Shown: positions 18,836 through 28,166 of the stretch, piece by piece | Position numbering within the stretch: the stretch's first letter is position 1 | Layout of the letters: every line of letters starts with the position of its first letter | Assembly: GCA_041178085.1 (NCBI GenBank) | Contig: JBEGVZ010000105.1 | Span: 1 to 44,962 of the forward strand | Length of the DNA stretch: 44,962 bases | Direction of reading: 5' to 3' | Origin: Pseudomonadota bacterium | GTDB taxonomy: Bacteria; Bdellovibrionota_B; Oligoflexia; Oligoflexales; RGVZ01 | Translations under genes and position numbers: made by a program | Notes under the pieces: model-generated | The model's database searches: none | Told to the model about the DNA's origin: nothing | Seen by the model: the letters and a program-made list of their open reading frames with translations, nothing else

Positions 18836-21205
18836 TCAGTAACCGATATAGAACACGATCTTGGTCTCTCCGAGTTGCCCGTTCTCGTAGGGGTAAGCCC
18901 ACTCAAAACGGAATGGTGCAATCGGGGTTATCCAGCGCAAACCAAAACCGACGTCTTTGTGAAAGCCTTCAAATCCGAAATTTTCTGAATCATCGAAAAC
19001 CCGCCCCACGTCAGCAAAAAGCAACGCCTTGATGCCGGCTTCGGGAATCAACGGAATGAAGTACTCGACCTGACCGACAACCTTCTTGTCACCGCCCTTG
19101 ATCAGCTTCGATGGCGGATCGCCGGGAGCTTTCAAGACGCTGATCTTGGGCCCAAGTGACCACAAGTCATAGCCACGCAAATCGTTCGGACCACCCAGGC
19201 GGTAGCGCTCAAGAAAAGGCACTTCCCGGTCACCAAAAGGATAAATCCCCGAAATCGTGCCGCGCAGCTTGAAGTAAGTCCGGAAAGTGTCGGAGAAGTC
19301 GATTGGATAGTACTTGGCGGCATCAAGCACAGATTCCATGAACTGCTGGTCACCGCCCAGGATTTTGCCTCCCGTGAACTGGTGGCGTATTTCGATCTCC
19401 GAACCCTCGTTGGGGTCGATGTAATTATTGGTGTCGGTTCTGCTCAAACTGAAGATTGCGCTAGAAGAAAGACCTGCATCACGGAAGCGATCAACAAGAT
19501 AAACGTCGCTCTGTTGTTTGATCTTCTCTGCGCGGTAGGTGACACGACCACGAACTTCCTCGAACAACCGTCGCCCTACGAAAACCGACCCACCCGTCCG
19601 TTCTTCCTCGATTTCAACATCCTCAAGCGGGTTGCGGACCTCATGCTTGACGAAAGCAGAAGCACCGGCCAGCCAGTCGCTGTCATAGACGCGGGGGTTG
19701 GTAAAACCAGTCTCGAATGAGTAGTTACGGCCACCATTCCAGCGCGCCGTCAGGTTGGTCTTCCATCCATAACCCGATTGGTTTTGCTCGTCGTAACGTC
19801 CTTGACCGAAAAACGATCCTTCGCTGGTCTTCTGTCCCGGAGAAAAACCAAGCGCAGCCTGCAATTGCCCGGTCGGTTTTTCCTTCACCCGGAAGGTCAA
19901 ATTGAGCTGATCCTGTTTTTCCGCGTCCCGCTCTTTGATGACCTGGACATCTTCAAAGAATCCAAGCCTGTTGATGTTCTTCTTGGATTCCGCAAGGCGG
20001 GTACCGCTGTAGAGCTCCGCATCGTGGACGTCGATCTCCCTGCGAATGACGTTGTCCCGGGTCTTGACGTTGCCAAGGACCTGCATGCCACCGAAGTAAA
20101 CCTTGTCCCCCTTCGCAACTTCGTAGTTGAGGTCGACTGTCTGCTGGTCCCGGTTGAAGGTGGTCTTGGGGTTGACGTAAGCGTAGGCGTAACCAAGGTC
20201 GCCATACTTGTCGCCCAGGAATTCGATGTCCTTGAGAAACTGTGAGTAACGAAACAGCTCACCCGGTTTCAACTTCATTTCATCGAGCAATTCTTTTGGT
20301 TCGAACAACTGATCGCCGGAAAACTCAATCTTGCCGACGCGATACTGCAGGCCCTCTTCCACCTGATACGTAACCCGCACAAAGGCACGATCGGAATCAA
20401 TGAAAGTGAGGGGCTTGGCAACCTTGACTTCAGCAAAACCCGAGTCCCGGTACCAGTAAGAAAGGAATTCGAGGTCCCGTTTCAGGTCCTCGTCCTTGTA
20501 CATGCCCGAGGATCCCATGCTTGACGCCCTTGTCACCGGACGCAGCATCATCTTGTCGATCAAGTCGCCGTACTTGAAGTATTGATTGCCGATGATCGAA
20601 ACATCGCCCACCCGCAGCTTCCCACCCTCTTCGACGACGAAGGTAAGGACTGCCTCATTGGCGGCCTTCATCTCGACTTTGTGGGTGATCCGTGCAAGGT
20701 AAAACCCCTTGTCGGTGTACTGGCGTTCAATCAATCTTACGTCTGCGGAAATCGCCGAATCACTGATAATCGTGTACAGCCTGGTCTGGAGCTTTTCCTT
20801 GACATCGTCGGGCTTGACCTCGTTCATGCCGTCGAATTTGATCTCGACGACAGCAGGCTTTTCCGCGACCTGGACGATAACCTTCAGGCCACCCGTGACT
20901 TCCTCGCGGAAGACGCGAATGTCAGAAAAGTACCCAAGTTCATACAGTGCACGTATGTCCGCTTTCACAGTCGCTGGATCAAAGGAACTTTCCTTGCGGG
21001 TCTTAAGGATGGTGAGGATCGCATCTGCTTCGACTTTGGCATTGCCGCGAACGACCACTTCGACCACACGCTCGCCAGCCGATTCAAAGCCAGTTGCTGC
21101 AGGGTTTGCGACCGATGGAACGGGCCTCGCTATAAGCGCGGATACCATACAAAGAATGGACGCCGCAGTGCGCGAGATCCATCGACGGTTCAGGAATCCA
21201 CTCAC
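18836..21205 (-). CDS. bamA: Outer membrane protein assembly factor BamA
   Basis: POTRA repeats (GNAKVE, GNVKTRDNVIRRE, LGFFEDV), LRGY motif, GFGLRWITPIAPFRFEWA, terminal aromatic residue. Confidence 0.96.
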   Translation of the reverse strand: MSGFLNRRWISRTAASILCMVSALIARPVPSVANPAATGFESAGERVVEVVVRGNAKVEADAILTILKTRKESSFDPATVKADIRALYELGYFSDIRVFREEVTGGLKVIVQVAEKPAVVEIKFDGMNEVKPDDVKEKLQTRLYTIISDSAISADVRLIERQYTDKGFYLARITHKVEMKAANEAVLTFVVEEGGKLRVGDVSIIGNQYFKYGDLIDKMMLRPVTRASSMGSSGMYKDEDLKRDLEFLSYWYRDSGFAEVKVAKPLTFIDSDRAFVRVTYQVEEGLQYRVGKIEFSGDQLFEPKELLDEMKLKPGELFRYSQFLKDIEFLGDKYGDLGYAYAYVNPKTTFNRDQQTVDLNYEVAKGDKVYFGGMQVLGNVKTRDNVIRREIDVHDAELYSGTRLAESKKNINRLGFFEDVQVIKERDAEKQDQLNLTFRVKEKPTGQLQAALGFSPGQKTSEGSFFGQGRYDEQNQSGYGWKTNLTARWNGGRNYSFETGFTNPRVYDSDWLAGASAFVKHEVRNPLEDVEIEEERTGGSVFVGRRLFEEVRGRVTYRAEKIKQQSDVYLVDRFRDAGLSSSAIFSLSRTDTNNYIDPNEGSEIEIRHQFTGGKILGGDQQFMESVLDAAKYYPIDFSDTFRTYFKLRGTISGIYPFGDREVPFLERYRLGGPNDLRGYDLWSLGPKISVLKAPGDPPSKLIKGGDKKVVGQVEYFIPLIPEAGIKALLFADVGRVFDDSENFGFEGFHKDVGFGLRWITPIAPFRFEWAYPYENGQLGETKIVFYIGY

Positions 21206-21948
21206 TGTGCCCCCTCCAGTCCGCTGACAGATAGCACCTTGCCGTCTTCCATCGTGATCTGGGCAGGCATGCGGGCAGCCAATTCCGGATCGTGTGTCAC
21301 AAGGAGCATGGTTGTGTTGTAACGTTCAGCCAGCTGGAGCAGAAGATCCTGGATGGCGCGGCTTGTGTTTTTATCCAGGTTTCCGGTTGGTTCGTCCGCC
21401 AGCAACACCTCGGGGGCCATGAACAGGGCGCGCGCGATGGCAACACGCTGTTGCTCGCCTCCCGACAACTCGGCCGGACGATGATTCAAACGTGCGCCCA
21501 GGCCAACGGACTCCAAAAGTTGTGCGGCACGCTGCCGGGCTCCGGCAGCCTGCCCGCCAGCAATCACGCCCGGCATCATCACGTTTTCAATTGCGGTGAA
21601 CTCGGGAAGCAAGTTGCTGGATTGGAAAACAAAGCCCAGCTTGCGATTACGAAACCTGGATGTCGCCTGATCAGACAATCGCGACACATCCATGCCGGCT
21701 ATCTGAACGGTACCCTGTGTTGGACGATCCAGCGTACCCACCACATGAAGCAGCGTGCTTTTACCCGCGCCAGACCTGCCCGTGACGGCAACACGCGCGC
21801 CGCGGGGAATCACCAGGTCAACACCACGAAGAGCCTCAACCCGCTGTGATTCGACCAGATAGGCCTTGGAGACGCCACGCAATGCTATGGCGGGGCCCGC
21901 TACACCCTGACCGCCATCCCGCCGGTTGTTACCTGTTTCTGCGTTCAC
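21202..21948 (-). CDS. lolD: Lipoprotein-releasing ABC ATPase LolD
   Basis: [51 protein letters not shown] 21948 overlaps the lolE stop. Confidence 0.92.
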   Translation of the reverse strand: MNAETGNNRRDGGQGVAGPAIALRGVSKAYLVESQRVEALRGVDLVIPRGARVAVTGRSGAGKSTLLHVVGTLDRPTQGTVQIAGMDVSRLSDQATSRFRNRKLGFVFQSSNLLPEFTAIENVMMPGVIAGGQAAGARQRAAQLLESVGLGARLNHRPAELSGGEQQRVAIARALFMAPEVLLADEPTGNLDKNTSRAIQDLLLQLAERYNTTMLLVTHDPELAARMPAQITMEDGKVLSVSGLEGAQ

Positions 21949-23222
21949 TCGTACCTCAATCCTGAGCCCGGGTCCTGGCGAGCCGCCAGCCACGCCGGAT
22001 AGGAAGCCGCCAGCAGACTAAAACCGAATGCGCTCAGAACAATCACGAGGTAATCGACCGGCAGGAATTTGACCGGCAAAACCTTCAAGTAATACGAGTC
22101 CGAAGGCATCGGAATGCTGCGACTCCATTCCACAAACAAACAAATGGCCAGGCCGGCCAGCAAACCGATCACCACCCCGGTCGCCCCGATCACCGCGCCG
22201 TGCGTGAGGTAAAGCCTCAAGACATCACGGCGACTCATGCCAAGCGCCCTCAGCAAGCTGATGTGGGGGCGCTTGTGGAACACGGTCATCATCATGGTGC
22301 CGCTTATCGAGAACGCCGCGACCACAACGATCAACATCAGGATTGAACCCATGGCGAATTTCTCTAGTTTGAGCGCAAAGAGCAACGACTTATTTGCTTC
22401 CTGCCACGTCAAAAGACGCAAGCCAGAACGCCCAGAAAGCCTTTCTTTCAGGTGACTTACCGCCATCGGGTCGGCGACTTCGAAGCCCACTCCCGTGACA
22501 AACCTGTCGATGGTGAGCGACTCATCAAAGTCCGGCATGAAGCGGCGCCCCTCGTCCAGGTTAGTCACCGCCCATTTGGTGTCGTAGTTGAACATCCCGG
22601 TGCTGAAGATCCCGGTGACGACAAAAGTTCGCGACAACGTTCCGCCACCGATGATGGAACCGACCCCGGCCTGCGGTGAAAGCACCGTGATCTCGTCACC
22701 CTCTTCTGCATCGAGGTGCTTCGCCAATTCGTCTCCAAGCGCAATCCCGGGACGCCCTTCTGAATCGCGATCGGCCAGGGATTCGATGCCCCCCGACCGG
22801 AATGCATCTGTGAAACCCCAGTTACTGGCGCCTTTGGCCGGGTCTACACCAAAAAGCGTTGCGGAGGCCATGTAACGGCTGCGCTTCAAAACCACATCGG
22901 TTTCTGTGAAGGGCTGAAGATTGCGCGCCTCTGGGATCTGGCGCTGAATTTCATGCAGCGGATGCTCGACCAGGCTGAAACCTGCCGTGGCATTTTCGCC
23001 GACGACTTCCACATGAGGCTTTCCAGCCAGCATCTTGCGGCGCAGGTCCCCTTCAAAGCCACCCATGACAGAGAGCACCACGACCAGCGCCAGGACGCCC
23101 GTTGCAACTCCAGCGATGGACATTGTGGTCATGAACGAAAGCCCGCGCGTTCCCTGGATCACCCGGGACCGCACCGATCGAATCTGACGCCACGCCATCC
23201 AAATCAGGGCACGCAAATCCAC
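21945..23222 (-). CDS. lolE: Lipoprotein-releasing ABC permease LolC/LolE
   Basis: ALVVVLSVMGGFE, WQEANKSLLFALKLEK, LRALGM, YPAWLAA. Start uncertain (GTG 23222 or TTG 23279). Confidence 0.9.
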   Translation of the reverse strand: MDLRALIWMAWRQIRSVRSRVIQGTRGLSFMTTMSIAGVATGVLALVVVLSVMGGFEGDLRRKMLAGKPHVEVVGENATAGFSLVEHPLHEIQRQIPEARNLQPFTETDVVLKRSRYMASATLFGVDPAKGASNWGFTDAFRSGGIESLADRDSEGRPGIALGDELAKHLDAEEGDEITVLSPQAGVGSIIGGGTLSRTFVVTGIFSTGMFNYDTKWAVTNLDEGRRFMPDFDESLTIDRFVTGVGFEVADPMAVSHLKERLSGRSGLRLLTWQEANKSLLFALKLEKFAMGSILMLIVVVAAFSISGTMMMTVFHKRPHISLLRALGMSRRDVLRLYLTHGAVIGATGVVIGLLAGLAICLFVEWSRSIPMPSDSYYLKVLPVKFLPVDYLVIVLSAFGFSLLAASYPAWLAARQDPGSGLRYE

Positions 23223-23337
23223 GCCGGCAACCACCCTCCGAAAAATTCGCCTGAAACTCAACCTCTGGGCAATACCCAATCAACCACAGCAACCGTCGGA
23301 GATCACTATATTTTTAAACATTTTATTAAAGTTTACC

Positions 23338-23364
23338 TAAAGCCACCCTGCCGCCCACCGAAAC
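23338..23364 (+). promoter_or_regulatory. Sigma28/FliA-like promoter of an intergenic transcript
   Basis: TAAA-N15-ACCGAAAC; the predicted start (~23371) coincides with the first hairpin. Confidence 0.5.
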
Positions 23365-23370
23365 CCCCTC

Positions 23371-23680
23371 GTCCCCGTCGTGACCCGCGTGGTGCGAAAA
23401 GCGGCGGGGATCCGCTAGAAAGGGCAGTTGCGATGAGTGCATATCGCCGGAAATTGAAGCGCCGCGTGAAGGTTACTAGAGGATCCAACACGGCTGTTCG
23501 TCCGGCAGGCCTTGGTGCAGCGCGCCCACTGACCACAGTACCCCTGCCTGATACCCCCCCGAACCATTCTCCGGAAACGGAGAACCCACCACCTCGCCCA
23601 CGCCGGGACAAGGAATCCGCCTGACCCCCTTTTGGAGGAACCCAGGGAAATTTGGTCAGGAGGTTTTTGTTCCCGGCAAA
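23371..23680 (+). ncRNA. Candidate structured ncRNA (unclassified)
   Basis: Successive stems: 23372-81/23401-10, 23504-09/23543-48, 23567-84 (GAAA loop) and 23602-26/23654-77, downstream of a sigma28-like promoter. Confidence 0.35.
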
Positions 23681-23756
23681 CCACGGGCCCTAACCATCTA
23701 AATTAATTTAGAATTAATTGGACTCTGGGCCTGACTGGAACGACTCTGACCCACCC

Positions 23757-23783
23757 TCAACATCCTGCGTAATCCACCGAAAC
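23757..23783 (+). promoter_or_regulatory. Sigma28/FliA-like promoter, probably giving a leaderless mRNA
   Basis: TCAA-N15-ACCGAAAC ends 7 nt before ATG 23791; no SD is present. Confidence 0.5.
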
Positions 23784-23790
23784 CTCCCAT

Positions 23791-26700
23791 ATGAACGCCG
23801 GCAGCAATTTTTTTTTAATTACACTCACAGTCGCACTGAACTGGGTAGGAGCTTGCTCGTTACCAAAGGGCTCAATCACCGCGCAGACTTCTCATACCTC
23901 ACCCCCTGACGGGGCGACTGATTGCTCAACCTCCGGACAATGCATTCTCGATCCGACTGGACTGGCCCAGTACAACCCGGACCTATTCACCAAAGGCTTT
24001 GTGCTGCGTAGCGACTTGCCGGGTGCTTCTTCACTGCATATGGCCAGCGCGCAAGCCGATACACCGGTCGTTTTAATCGCAGACGAACTTGCGCCCCACG
24101 TGCGCGGCGCTGTGATGGTGAGCGCGTCAGAACCGTGTGGTTCGCCCCTAGCGATCAAGGATCCAAACCCAACCCTTGCCCAGCTTCGCAGCTTTCGGGA
24201 TGGCCGGTACAAGACTTGCCTCGCTTACATCGGGGAGTCCATGGAACGCAAAGTCATGGAAATGGAACCTGTCTCAATTGATGCCAGCGCCCCCGTCCCG
24301 AGTGGATCGATCCTTGTTGAAAACATCAGGGCCACTGCTGCAACCATCACATGGACCCTTTCGACCGACAATTTGACGCTCACGAATGATCTGTCATACC
24401 AGGTTTATACTGCCACCAGCGGCCCGCTTGATTCCTTGACCAAAGCGACGACAAGCGCAACACCGGTTGCCGGTCGCGTCGTAGGCGGAACCTCTCAAGC
24501 CCTATCCGGCCTGACGCCGACAACAAGATACTACGCCGCAGTGATTGTTTCGGACGAAGCTGGCAATCGGGCGTTTGCGGGCCACACAACCTTCGTCACA
24601 GCGTCAGCTGCCATCGGCATGACCCTCCATGCACCGACTTCGCAAGCAACACCGACCTCTGATTTCAGTTTCGATATCGAATACACATCTGCAGGCGAGA
24701 TCACCTATGCACTCACGCCATCAAAAATAACCATCAACAAGACCGGCACGGCAAACGCGTCCATCAAATCCATTACTGGAACCGGGCCGGTGTTGACGAT
24801 CACACTCACGTCCATCTCCGGAACTGGTTACATCGGTATCTCAATCCTTCACGGCTCCGCAATCGATGCTGCGGGTTTCGGGGCACCGGCGATTGGTCCC
24901 AGCTCAACCCTGCGAATCGATACCGATGCCCCAACCGCATCTTCCGTATCCTCAAACCCGGCCTCGCCTGGAAACACCCGGACGCCACAAGTCTCGTTTA
25001 CGCTAGACGAGACCACCAGCGCCTTCAGTTTGGTGCTGCATGCCGACGCCTCCTGTTCCAGTCCGGTATCAGCGGCTGCAACTGGAGCCGCAGGCGTCAA
25101 CACTGTCGCGTTGACGTCGCTACCTCAGGACAACCCGACCAATATTTATGCGAGGTTGACAGACTTGCGCGGCAACACTGCCTGTCGGAGCCTGATCAGT
25201 TACAGCTATGACGGCATTCAGCCCGGCGTTACCGTATCCTCGGACGCAGACCCAGGACCGACGAATCTCTCCAACCTGACTTTAACCTTCGAATTTACGG
25301 AAAACGTGACTGGATTCACTGCTGGCGACATCCTTCTGACCAACGCCACCGCAGGGACATTCACCGCCGTGGACGCGAACACTTACACCCTCGCGATAAC
25401 TGCGACCGGCAGCCCTGTTCAGGCTTCCGTTGCGGCTGGCTCGGCGGTCGATGCCGCACAGAACCTCAACACCGGATCAAACGCATGGAGCATCGTCCGT
25501 GAGGCAATTAACACCTGCACTTGGACCGGTGCAGTAAGCACATCATTCACCGCAAATGGAAACTGGTCGGGTTGTGCCTCCGCACCATCCACAAGTAACA
25601 AAATCATCGTACCTTCCGCGCCAGCGAACCAACCGGTTTTAAGCGCAAACCGGACCATCGCAGGATTTGCCGAGGCCGTTGGCGGCGGAACGATCACCAT
25701 CAACAGCGGCGTGACGTTGACGGTCAACGGAAACATCGAATCATCCATTGCCATCAAGGGATCGACGACAAACTGCAGCAGCTGCGTGCTGTACCGTGGG
25801 AGCAACCTCTACGTCTTGAAGGATGCCACTCTGACGCTCATGGAAGGCAGCACCGTAGAACTCAGTAACGGCTCGTCCCTTTACCTCGGCAACGGGACCA
25901 CCTCTGCCGGGCACCTCACCACGAACATCCTGACCAGTTCCATCGTTCAGTGGCCCTTGATCGGAACGGCAGCAACGGATTCGGGCGCTCAAATGCGCCT
26001 CTTTGTGCAAGGCACAGCGGCTACTCGCAGCAGGCTGAGCATCAACGGGCTCAGGATGAAGGCAAAAACGGGCCACGCCATAAGTCTGACGTCAAACTAC
26101 GAAGTGAACCAATTTGACCAATTCCGGGTCACTGCGGACAAGCCTTGGACCGATTTCCGTTCACCGGCAATTGATATTTCTTCATGCACAGGCGCCCAGT
26201 TCAACGACACAACATGGACGGACTTGCAATTCGCGGACGTGAATAAAAAAACTGCGATCGAAACGCCTGCCACCACTTGCGCATCCATGCCTGCAATCAC
26301 GGTGTCTGGTTCTGGCTTTGGTTTTGGCGAGCCCTTTGAAAGTGACCAAGCCAACAAGATCACATGGACTGACGGAGCAGTGAACGCAACCCCTTGCGAG
26401 TGGACTGGAGCAACCAGCACCGACTGGTCCACAATTGGCAACTGGACCAATTGCGGTGGGAACGCCCCTAACCAACTGAACTGGATTGTCGTTCCGTCTG
26501 CAGCAACCAATCAGCCACGCCTGAGCGGCAGGGCGGCCGTCTATGGGTTTGCCGCGGGAAGCGGTGGCGGCACGATTACGGTTGCTGCCAACAGTCGCCT
26601 CAACATCATCGCCTCAGCCAGTAATATCCAATCGAACATCACACTGACCGGCGAGTCCGCCTACTGTCCCACGTGCGAAATAGGTTCCGCCTCTGGCCTG

Positions 26701-27624
26701 CAAGTGGTCAATGGAGCAACTCTCACGCTGGGAACCGATATCACAGTCCGGTGCAATGGTTCCGTGAAGGCCGGCACAGGAACGTCGGCAGGGCATATAA
26801 CAGCGGCTGGCACCAGCGATTCTGCACGCTGGCCAACCGTCACGACATTCTCAAACCACAACGACACGGGATCCTGGGCGGCGCCCCTGATCGTACAAGG
26901 AACCACGACCACGCCGAGCAAAATCAGCTTTGACGGCATCAAGATTCACGGCGGGTACGACAACGCAATTGTTGACTTCAAATCAGACTACGAGATTTTA
27001 AAAATGGACAACGTCTATTTTGATAATGCGTGGTCGGCCAACTCAACCGGCGCGATTTCTTTGTCAACCTGCACAAACGCAACCATCACCGACACAACAT
27101 GGAATGGTATTTACTTCGACGTTGGAAACCTGGGGGCAAGCATTCGCAATATTGGCATATCCCACACTTCATGCTCAGGTATTCCTTCGCTGAATATCTC
27201 TGGCGGCGGCAGGTATTACGGTGCGGCGTACGCAACGGACACCCACAGCAAAATCGCATGGTCATCGAACAGTTGTGGCGGCTATACGCATGCAAGTCAT
27301 TGCTGGTACTTGTCCAACGCCAACGAGTCGTGCGCGTCACGCTGCTCCCTCAACGGTGGCCACAGTCCCGCCACGATGTATGCGGGTAATGCATTCGGGC
27401 GTGGCAACGAACACCAACTCGAGAGTATGGCCGGCATCAGTTGTCCCACCATTATCTCCAGCCTGGTCGGAACATCCCTCTCTGCATCCACTTCGTTTAC
27501 CAACAGCAATGCGATTGGCTGCTCCGTCAACGCAGCCGGAACGCCGGCCAGGGAATTCGACTTGAAGCCTACAGCGGACGCTGTAGATGCCAGTTACCGG
27601 CGGGCGTGTGCCTGCATGAACTGA
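23791..27624 (+). CDS. Large surface lipoprotein/adhesin: FN3 and Ig-like stalk, two tandem 293-aa modules, Cys-rich tip
   Basis: Lipobox VGAC; FN3 motif (LSGLTPTTRYY..DEAGN); Big-type domain (FEFTENVTGFTAGDI); CTWTGA/CEWTGA modules; terminal RRACAC. Confidence 0.85.
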   Translation: MNAGSNFFLITLTVALNWVGACSLPKGSITAQTSHTSPPDGATDCSTSGQCILDPTGLAQYNPDLFTKGFVLRSDLPGASSLHMASAQADTPVVLIADELAPHVRGAVMVSASEPCGSPLAIKDPNPTLAQLRSFRDGRYKTCLAYIGESMERKVMEMEPVSIDASAPVPSGSILVENIRATAATITWTLSTDNLTLTNDLSYQVYTATSGPLDSLTKATTSATPVAGRVVGGTSQALSGLTPTTRYYAAVIVSDEAGNRAFAGHTTFVTASAAIGMTLHAPTSQATPTSDFSFDIEYTSAGEITYALTPSKITINKTGTANASIKSITGTGPVLTITLTSISGTGYIGISILHGSAIDAAGFGAPAIGPSSTLRIDTDAPTASSVSSNPASPGNTRTPQVSFTLDETTSAFSLVLHADASCSSPVSAAATGAAGVNTVALTSLPQDNPTNIYARLTDLRGNTACRSLISYSYDGIQPGVTVSSDADPGPTNLSNLTLTFEFTENVTGFTAGDILLTNATAGTFTAVDANTYTLAITATGSPVQASVAAGSAVDAAQNLNTGSNAWSIVREAINTCTWTGAVSTSFTANGNWSGCASAPSTSNKIIVPSAPANQPVLSANRTIAGFAEAVGGGTITINSGVTLTVNGNIESSIAIKGSTTNCSSCVLYRGSNLYVLKDATLTLMEGSTVELSNGSSLYLGNGTTSAGHLTTNILTSSIVQWPLIGTAATDSGAQMRLFVQGTAATRSRLSINGLRMKAKTGHAISLTSNYEVNQFDQFRVTADKPWTDFRSPAIDISSCTGAQFNDTTWTDLQFADVNKKTAIETPATTCASMPAITVSGSGFGFGEPFESDQANKITWTDGAVNATPCEWTGATSTDWSTIGNWTNCGGNAPNQLNWIVVPSAATNQPRLSGRAAVYGFAAGSGGGTITVAANSRLNIIASASNIQSNITLTGESAYCPTCEIGSASGLQVVNGATLTLGTDITVRCNGSVKAGTGTSAGHITAAGTSDSARWPTVTTFSNHNDTGSWAAPLIVQGTTTTPSKISFDGIKIHGGYDNAIVDFKSDYEILKMDNVYFDNAWSANSTGAISLSTCTNATITDTTWNGIYFDVGNLGASIRNIGISHTSCSGIPSLNISGGGRYYGAAYATDTHSKIAWSSNSCGGYTHASHCWYLSNANESCASRCSLNGGHSPATMYAGNAFGRGNEHQLESMAGISCPTIISSLVGTSLSASTSFTNSNAIGCSVNAAGTPAREFDLKPTADAVDASYRRACACMN

Positions 27625-27642
27625 CGGTTTACCTACTAAAAA

Positions 27643-28053
27643 TTATTGCGGGAACATCGTCCAACGCTGCCACCCATTGATGCCTCGCGATGGTTCCAGA
27701 AAGTCAACGGTCGCGGCCGGCTTTCCTGTTTCAGAATTTTGGCGGAACATGACACTCAAAACGATAGAGGGAGACTCTTCAACGACGGTCATGCCATCGA
27801 CGTGGATTGTGGTCGAAACTTCACAGTCTGACTTCCACTTGCTGCCCTTCACTACCGCATCACAACTGCGGGTGTCCTGGCCAGAGCGAAAGGTGATGAT
27901 CCCGCGCGATCCGGACAATTGCTCGATACAAAACCATGACTTCTCGCTGCCGCGTGGTCCAGAGGGAAACCAGTCGCAAAGAACCTGGGCGTTGGCACTG
28001 CCAGCAAACCCGGCGGTACTCGCTGCAATAACTGACAAAATAAGGGATTTCAT
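27643..28053 (-). CDS. Small secreted hypothetical protein
   Basis: MKSLILSVIAASTAGFAGSANA signal peptide, four Cys, SD AAGGCAGGA. Confidence 0.75.
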   Translation of the reverse strand: MKSLILSVIAASTAGFAGSANAQVLCDWFPSGPRGSEKSWFCIEQLSGSRGIITFRSGQDTRSCDAVVKGSKWKSDCEVSTTIHVDGMTVVEESPSIVLSVMFRQNSETGKPAATVDFLEPSRGINGWQRWTMFPQ

Positions 28054-28166
28054 GTGATTCCTGCCTTTCTTGAATCCGGTAAAACACCGAAGGAGGCAGT
28101 GGATAGCAAGAATCAAATATTTTTAAAAAGCGATAAAAATGATCTGGTATATCGTTTAAAAGAAAC

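Noticed and set aside
23333..23611. 92-aa Gly/Arg-rich minus-strand ORF
   Set aside because: Its composition reflects the G-rich strand of the hairpin region; TTG start and no motif.
23630..23740. c-di-GMP-I (GEMM) riboswitch
   Set aside because: GCAAACCACGGGCCCTAA and a GAAA-capped stem resemble parts of it, but spacing is wrong and the GACGC and receptor elements are missing. It needs cmscan and is not claimed.
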